Assembly (NCBI GenBank): GCA_035221665.1
Contig: CM069151.1
Span: 14,384,001 to 14,448,000, forward strand
DNA: 64,000 nt
Origin: Okamejei kenojei
Lineage: Eukaryota
Reading direction: 5' to 3'
The translations under genes and the position numbers were made by a program. The stretch's first letter is position 1, and each line of letters begins with the position of its first letter. Of the stretch, positions 46,401 to 55,400 are shown in pieces. The notes beneath the pieces are model-generated. The model had not been told where the DNA came from, made no database searches, and saw only the letters and a program-made list of their open reading frames with translations.

Positions 46401-49400
46401 CCAATCCCCCTCGCCCGATCTTCATTGAACCTACCATTTGACCAATTTTACTCGGCTGCTGTAATGTTTCCTTCCTATCAAAACATGTTGAAAAATCTTC
46501 ACGAGTTTCCACGTTTCCCGAGTACCTGCTAAGAGACATCATTCGCTAAGAGACATCCCGAGCTCCGACGTACCCGCTACGTTCATTCTACGTGCTTACC
46601 ACGAGTTTTGATTTTTTTTTTACTCTGGAGAGCTCTTGGGTGAACTCGCACAGTGGGACAGGGCTTTAAGGATGCTGGCAGGTTTAGTCAGTCTAAGGAA
46701 AATCATTTTAGTCGGCTTGAAGGAGCCTCATGGAGGCAATTAATCGGAGTTGAAGTTGCTGAGGGGTGACATCAAAGAGTTGACAGAAGCTATCTTAAAA
46801 TTATTTAATAAGAAACCACTATCATTCATTTTTTAATATTTCAATAACTGGTACTAGATTCCTCTTTTTAATACTTGCTATCATATTACTTGTTCGTTTT
46901 TACTTACACAGTACTTGTACGCATTTAATGTCGTACCCATAAGTTCCATGGACTCAACTGAATTAGTGAAACAACCCCTTGACGTTACAGAAAGTCCATA
47001 CAAGAAAATGGCCAAGGAATTTCAAAGATCAAAATTGGGGGAATCTGCATCAGTAAGTATATATAGGGAAAACCTTTCTTGGCAATTAGTTCGAACAAAA
47101 AGTTGTAAGAACTGGTCTTGAACTTAAAAACAGAAAATGGTGGAAAAATTCAGCAAGTCAGGCAGCATCTGTGGAAAGACAGCCAGTCAATGCATTGGCT
47201 TTATAAGCTTTAGTTCCCCCTCCAGCAGGCCCTGAATGACATCAGCACTTTCCAGACATGTGGTCTGGAAAGAAATATTTTGAGTGTGATGTGATTCCTA
47301 CATTTTTAAGGCAATTAAAACTTTTCCTAATTTCAAGAGCCCCAGGACTTAGTATTCTTTGTCCATATTGTATAATAATACAATAATAGGTTATAAACTT
47401 CTGTGAACTTTGAAATACAATTATTTTTAACCGCCTCATGAGTTATTTGCATTTACATACGGATGTTAAATTCCATGATTTCATCTTGTTGGATCTTTGA
47501 TACATTATTGACATTTTTCTTTGTCAGTGATTTTTTCCTGTTATTATAAATAAATATTTGAGCAAATAGCTGGTAAATTTAATCCTTCATTTGGCAACAA
47601 ATTAGCTTTTTTTTAATCAATTTTTGAAATGAGGCCAAATTAATAAATGGAGAACGTTTGTAACATGATGCTATTATTTATCTTGTATATTAATCTATGA
47701 TGTTGCAAACTTTGTTTATTAAGAAAGTTGCGGTGAATGTGGTGCTTATTTATAAAGTCTATTGGAATGTAATGGGGCCCAATAGAAACATAGAGTTGTA
47801 AAAATGTGACGTGACTATTAAGATACTTCTAAAAAGACTCATCTTGTAATCGTATAAAGTGTAGGCTGCATGACAAAAGGATAAGAGGAACAAATTAATG
47901 TTACATAAATTCTGTGCTAGTGATATGTTTTACAATTAGAGCATGTATGTGTGCTAAATAGGGGGAGGTGGTTGAGGGGGGGTGGTTGGGGGGGGTGGTG
48001 GTGGGGGGGGGCTGGGGGGGGGGGGGTTGTTGGTGGGGGGGGCTGGGTGGGGGGAAATATATAGAAGAAACTGTTAGTTGACAATTAGAAACCAAGTAGA
48101 AATAAGTGGATCTTTTTTCATGGAAAGCTGGGACTAATGTGGTATAGCAGCAGTTTCTAGTCACAATTCAAAATCTCTGATTTGGCTGAGGGAATCAAAT
48201 ACGTTGTTAAGCTTGCTGGTGGCAAGAAACTGGAGATGTGAGTACGAACAACATAATGAAATCTAGATGTGCTAAGTGAGTTAGAAAGTGGGCGGCACAG
48301 TGGCTCAGCTGGTAGAGCTGCTGCCTTACAGCGCCACAGAACTGGGTTCAATCCTGACCTCTGCTGCTGTCTGTGTGAAGTTTGCACGTTCTCTCTGTGA
48401 TCATTAGGGTTTCCTCCGGGTATTCTGGTTTCCTCCCACATCCCAAAGACATGTGGGTTTATAGGTTAAATGGTCTGTGCGAAATGCCCCTAGTGTGTAG
48501 GGAGTGGATGCATGTGGCATGACATAAAACTAGTGTGAACGGGTGAGTGTTGGTCGGCATGGGCGAGAGGGCCTGTTTCCACACTGTATTTACACACGGC
48601 TTACTGCAATAATGTAGGGTCCTTCTGAAACCACACTGAAAAGGTGTTCACAGTCATGGCCTACCCTTTAGGTAAGGGTACAGTAAAAGCCCTGTCCCAC
48701 TGTACGAGTTCATTCAAAGAACTCTCCCGAGTTTGCCCTGATTCGAACTCGGAGATTTACGGTAATGGCCGCTCGTCGGTACTCGGGGCTCTCGTGGACA
48801 TTTTTCAACATGTTGAAAAATCTTCACGAGTCTTCCCGAGCTTACCTGCCGTTAGCGAGTCTTCCCGAGTACCTGCCGTTAGCGTTACGAGCCGCTAAGA
48901 GACGTCCCCGAGCTCCGACGTACCCGCTACGGTCATTCTCCGTGCTTACCATGAGTGTAATTTTTTTTCTTTTTTTAAACTCGGGAGAGCTCTTGAATGA
49001 ACTCGCATCATGGGACAGAGGCATTACAAGTTCAGTTTAATATTGTCACATGTACTGAAGTACGATGGAAAGCTCTTTTGTTGTGTGCTATCCAGTCTGT
49101 GAAAAGACTATACATGATTACAATCAAGGTGAGCACTAGATAAAGGGTATAACGTTTCATGCAAGATAAAGTCTGATTAAAGATTTTTGAAGGTCTTCAA
49201 TAATGCAGACGGGAAGTTCCGCTCTATCAATTTCTTCATGTCGATCCTTTATAAATATGTAATTTGTATTGCTGATTTGTTATTTTTTGTTTTATGAGGA
49301 TACACAATTCTTCTTCGACCTGAGCAAACGAGAAGGAAAGAAAAGATTATCTGGCGAGGGAGGACCTCATCAATCAAAACAGGTCCGTAAGCCACGTAAG

Positions 49401-52400
49401 TGTTCACTTTGGAGCCCGAGCGGATGTTCATTCACCTCTATTGTGATCAGAAGCAAAATGTTCAAGGAAAAATCCATTTGAGGTTGTAAGATATTGCTAT
49501 CTTTTGTGCATCACGTGATATCCCATGATGAGTGGCTAAAGTTAAAAAAGAAAACCTTTTTTTAGCAGTATGATCACAATCTCAATTTTTGTCCAATGCT
49601 TGTAAACGATTTGTTCTACATCATCCATTGACAGTGACGGGAATCTGTCCATGTATTTATTTTTAACATTTTCTACAGTCCATTATAAAATGCAAGCTTT
49701 GAGTAATGATTGTGTAAGCTGGGATGTCTGTAATTAAATGATGGAGGCATCAGTGTTCTGCTATTCCTGTTTTTTTGAAGAGGATTAGCTGAGCCAAATT
49801 GCTTACTAAATTGTTAAAGAAGGAACTGCAGATGCTGGAGAATCGAGGGTACACAAAAGGCTGGAGAAACTCAGCGGGTGCAGCAGCATCTAAGGAACGA
49901 AGGAGATAGGCGACGTTTCGGGTCGAGACCCTTCTTCAGACCCTTCTTCAGTCTGAAGAAGGGTTTCGACCCGAAACGTCGCCTATCTCCTTCGCTCCTT
50001 AGATGCTGCTACACCCGCTGAGTTTCTCCAGCCTTTTGTGTACCCTTGCTTACTAAATTTACAGTTTAGTCTAAAGCTCTGTTAGACAATGGGTGCGGGA
50101 GTAGGCCATTCGGTGAAGTGTTAATTCAAACACTTTACTTGGTCAGTTTTAATAAGGGTTATTGCGTAACATGAAAGAATAAGGTTACATTATTTCAATG
50201 AGAAGCACTCAGATACTGTTATAATTGAGGATGAAAGCCAAAGCTTGGTCAGAAGCAAAGCCGATGTAGAGATGTTCAAGTCATTTTCTTATCTTGTATA
50301 GTTCGAATATTCTCTCGTCCGGTGCAAAGTTCTGGCTTCTCTTTAGGTAATAACTGTGGTTTATCTACATTGTTCCTTGATGCCATAGTTTTTGTCCATA
50401 AGGATGTCGTTCCAGTTGGAATTGGAAACCTTGGTACATTTTTAAACTGAAAATGTAGTTTTGTGCTGAATTTGTTTTTAATGTTCCATTTATTTCTGAA
50501 ATCAGATGTTCTATCAATTCTCTTTTCAAGCCCATTGTTTTCTTTTTGAAGTGTAATATTACAGTTCATTAATAGCTTTTTTCCAATTATATAACTGACC
50601 TGTGAACTACATTCCCTACAGTAGTGCGGATTAGATCATAAAACATAGGTGCAGAATTAGGCCGTTCGGCCCATCGAGTTTGCTCTGCCATTCGATCATG
50701 GCTGATCTATTTTTCCCCCTCAATCTCATTCTTTTGCCTTCTCTCTGTAACCTTCGATGCCCTTTCTATTAATCTAATAATCTATTAAATAACCTATTAA
50801 TCTCTCTTTTAAAAATACCCAATGACTTGGCCTCCATTGCTGTCTGTGGCAATAAATTCCACAGATTCACTACCTACTTGCTAAATAAATTCCACCTCAT
50901 CTCCATTCTAAAGATGTCCTTTTATGCTGAGGCTGTACCCTCTGTTACTAGACTCCTACTACTAGCTACTGGCTAAAGTACAGCTTCATAATGTTGCAGC
51001 AGGAGAAAAATGCATTCTTTGTTCTTCATCTAATCACATGGAAAGTTAATAACATGCAACAGAGCACCTAAATATGTGCCTTTCAAAACCTTCAGAGTTC
51101 AGAGATACAGCATAGAAACAGGCCCTTCGGCCAACTGAGTCCATGCCAACAAGTGATCACCACATAGGATCCTACACACTAGGGACAGTTTTTTTCCACA
51201 CAGAGGGTGGTGGGTATATGGAACAAGCTGTCAGAAGAGTTCGTTGAAGTACAATAACAACATTTAAAACACATTTGGACAGGTACATGGATCTGAAAGG
51301 TTTAGAGTGAGATAGGGCATCTTGGTTGGCATGGGCCTGGTTCCATGCTGTATGACTCTATGATACTCTATTCCGAGTTCCTAGTGTGTATACTTTTTCA
51401 TGGGTTCTTAATGCAGCAGAGCTAAATTCACCAAGCATTTTGTTCTTTCTTTAGCTAAGCCAACAAGTCCTTGCTGGTTCTGCCTTGCTAGTCCTGAGGT
51501 AGAAAAACACTTGATAATCAGCATTGGTACCCACGTAAGTATTATACATTTGCTTCAATGCCTTTTGTCTGAAACCTTTGAGTTTGGCTGCCACTGAAAC
51601 ATAAAGCATCATAATCGTCATTAAGTACCTGGTTACGATGGAGTTTCCTGCAATGTATTGCCAAGGGTTGAACTCTGTAAAGGTGCAATGTTGTAAAGTT
51701 CAATCTAATTTGCTGCGACCGCCTTGCACTGTTGGTAGTATTCATCAGCTCTTCAGGCTGTATGTAAGCATGACCTATTAGTACAGGCCAGCAAGCAGAA
51801 AATAAAATGTTGACTTTGGGATGGCTGTGTAGTTGTATTAGTATTGTTGGTTTAAATGGCTGTGATTCCATGGCAATTGGAGCCTCCAGAAAGTTGCTAA
51901 GGTATTCAGTCCAAATTATCTGCAGAGGAAGGGGCCATGGACTAGACACGGATAACTAAAAATGCAGGTACCACTAAGGCCCTCTTTTTATCCACTCAAT
52001 ATACTCTCAAAATGTGCTTCGTAATGTTCTAAAAATGTTAATATAGATTAATTCACATTAAAACATTGAAACAACTAAATTGAAATGATGCAAGTTAAGC
52101 TAACAATATTAAACTATCATAAAAGTGCACATTTTAATAATAAATGAGTGATGCAAGATCTCAGATGATGGAATTGTTATTTCTTAATCAAGTGCTGTTT
52201 GTGGTAAAATATAACCTGCTGCATCATGGATGTTTGCACATGAAATTATATGTTATAGCTTTGTTATGCATTCTGTGTAGGATAATTTTGAATGCATTGA
52301 AAACTGCATAGTGAACTATTTTCTGGCAATTACATGCATTATTAATGGTAAATGTAACTTTTCTTTTATAGTGTTATATTGCCCTTGCCAAAGGCGGCTT

Positions 52401-55400
52401 ATCTCCTGACCATGTACTTATTTTGCCCATTGGACATTACCAGTCAATGGTGGAGCTTCCGTCAGAAGCCATTGAAGAAGTAGACAAGTGTAAGTTGGCT
52501 TTGAAGAGGTTTTACAAGAGCATTGGGAAACGGTTTGTGATGTTTGAAAGGAACTACAAGAGTCAGCATTTGCAGCTGCAGGTACTTTCCAGTTGCTTCC
52601 AACTTTTGAATAAACCCTTTAATGCTGGAAGATGGTCATTGTTTATTCATGAAAACAAGCTTGCTTTAATTAATTTTTTAAAAGCAGCACTTGTAGAGTG
52701 TCAAAATGTAATCAGCTATTTGAATGTTTAAGCACTTTTTATATATATATGTACTAGACTGGTGTTGTGGTTGTTCTTACATCGATTGGTTTTGAAAGTA
52801 CCAGACCAGTCCTAAAGTCACCACACATAATAATATTGAGGTGAAAATGTCACAATAAAGGAATGCCCAGTCAGCATATTCCTTGATCACTTTCAGCTCA
52901 GACATTAGATTTCATTAGTTTAAGTCTGAAATAGTTCCAGATAGACTCTATCTGCTAATGACGACAAACTTTGCTGAGGGATCACTTGTCCCAATGATGT
53001 TCTTTTCACTGACACACTTAATAAGTTGGTGACTTCATCTAAAGTTTGCCCTTTCGTTTGTAAATAACTTTTTTTTACAGTCATGAGCATCATTGAAAAA
53101 TGCTATTTCATTTCATTTCCATCCAGGTGGTTCCTGTCCCTATTCAGTGTTGTACTACTGAAGACATTAAAGAAGCTTATATTGTACAAGCAGAGGAACA
53201 ACAGATGGAGCTCTTGGAAATCCCTGAACATTCAGATCTCAAGCAAGTGAGTTTGGGGAACCTGAGCACTAAATACCAAAATATTCAAGTTTATTTCTCA
53301 CAGCTGAGTACATTGTATATACAAGAAATTAAGAGGCAGGATTAAGTAATTGGTGTTGAACCAAGGAAGTGTAGATGCTGGCTTACAAGAAAAGGACACA
53401 AAATGCTAGAGTAACTCAGCGGGTCACGAGGCTGATCCACTGAGTTACTCCAGCAATTTGTGTCCTTTTAAGTTACTGGTGGTCCAGCAAGCCTTCAATT
53501 TTCAGCAAGTCTTTCCTCAAGGGGTGGGGGGGGGGGTTAATTTAGAGAAAGAGCATCTAAGAAACAGGTCCTTCTGCCCACCGAGACCACGCTGACCATC
53601 GATCACCTGTTTACACTAGTTCTATGTTATCCCACTTTCTCATCCACTCCTTACACACTAGGAGCAATTTACAGAGGTCAATTGACCTACAAACCTCCGA
53701 TCAAATGGTTGATAAATGCACTGTGGTGCGCTATAAAATTTTAATTCCTTTATGCATAAATTAATGAGATTTCAAAAATTTCAATTTGCCTGCTCTTTTG
53801 CTGCTAGTAGTGTTTCCCAATTGCAGCTACAAAAAAAATACCGTTTTGCATGTCACTTTTTTTAGTTCTAATTGCCTTCTCCCTCTGTCCTCTGGTTCTT
53901 GACCTATTAAATATCACTTTGAGATCCTTTAGCTTCCCTGTTCAAAGGAGAACAAGCCCAACTACATCAGTCGATTCATCTACAGCTTCAAAATTCCAGG
54001 TGGCTCTTGGGCTGACAGCTTTCCGACCTTGTTTGCTCTGCTCTGTGTATGTACCCGCGCTCCTTGTAAACGAATGCTAGGCCCGGCTCCAGGTACAAAA
54101 TAGTCTAGCTAAAACACTTTCCTCTCCTATTAGCAACAAAACAAAGAATGATGCAGTGGTAGTTAGTGGAGTTGCTTTCTCCCAACTCCAGTGATCCAAG
54201 TTCAATCCTGACCTCTGGTGAGGTCTGATTCAAGTCGCAAAAACTCACTGCGACCACTTGGGTTTCCTTCTCAAGTGCTTGTTTTTCTATGCAAAGGGTT
54301 GATAATTTAATTGGCCACTGCAAAATCTCGAATTGAATTGCATTGTATCCAGTAAACACTGAAAAACATCTTAATCAAAACATTGAAAAATAGGTTAGGG
54401 TAGGTTTAGTGTAACCATGGGTGCGTGATGGTCAGTACAGACTCAGTGGGCTGAAGCGCCTGTTTTTGTGGTAACTTAAAGCATTATAAACATTTAGCAC
54501 CTGGCAGCTGGGAAAGAGATGGAAAGGGACAAAAATAAAGAAATGGAATTGAAGGGCCACCATCACTGAGGAAGTTTGGGGATTGGTGGAGATGAATGGG
54601 GAAGTTGATGTTTGCTGGGGCTATTGATTTTTGACAGCATTTTAAGGCTGGGAGAGCGTACAGAAGTAATAAGAAAGGATCCTATGGAGGGATGAGCTTA
54701 AAGGTGAGGTGTGGTGATCATGTATTTGCACATGATCTTTATGACTCCTGCCTCTATCATGCTCATTTGTCTCAGGATTAAAAAATAACCTGGATTTATA
54801 AATGTCAGCCTCTTTAAATCTGTTTGTATTTAAACTATCACATCTTTGTAAATTCTATTCCGATACTTAGCCCATGTCATCAGTTTCTCTTCACCTGAAT
54901 CTCTTTTCTTAATCTCTATTCCTCTGACCCTAGCAATGTGTAACTTTTTAAAAGACGTAGACAAGTTATCAGTTTAAAGATTAAATGTTTATAACATGTG
55001 ATTTAGTGTTTTAACTTCTTTGCCATTTGGGTAATTGGTTCGAAGTAACCATAATCACTGATAAGTATTCCTGAACCTTTACATTTATTTTATGTTTAAC
55101 TTTGAAAACTGGGTATGAATATTAACTTTGTGCAAAAAAAGCCCCAAAGTGCTAGAGTAATTCAGCAGATCAGGCATCATCTCTGGAGAACATGGATAGA
55201 TGATGTTTCGAGTTAGGACTTTACAATGAGTCTGAAGAAGTGTCCTGCCCCGAACCATCACCTGTCCGCGTTTGCCAGAGATGATGACTGACCTTTTGAG
55301 TTACTCCAGCACTATGTGTCTTTTTTTAAACCAACATCTGCGGTTCCTTGTATCTACATTTGAATTTGTGCACTTGGGCATGCAGTCATGGAAAAAGTTA

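Noticed and set aside
48290-48362. tRNA-like sequence (also near 11765, 12900, 36700)
   Set aside because: No complete cloverleaf; continues into a SINE core and tail, so these are SINE heads
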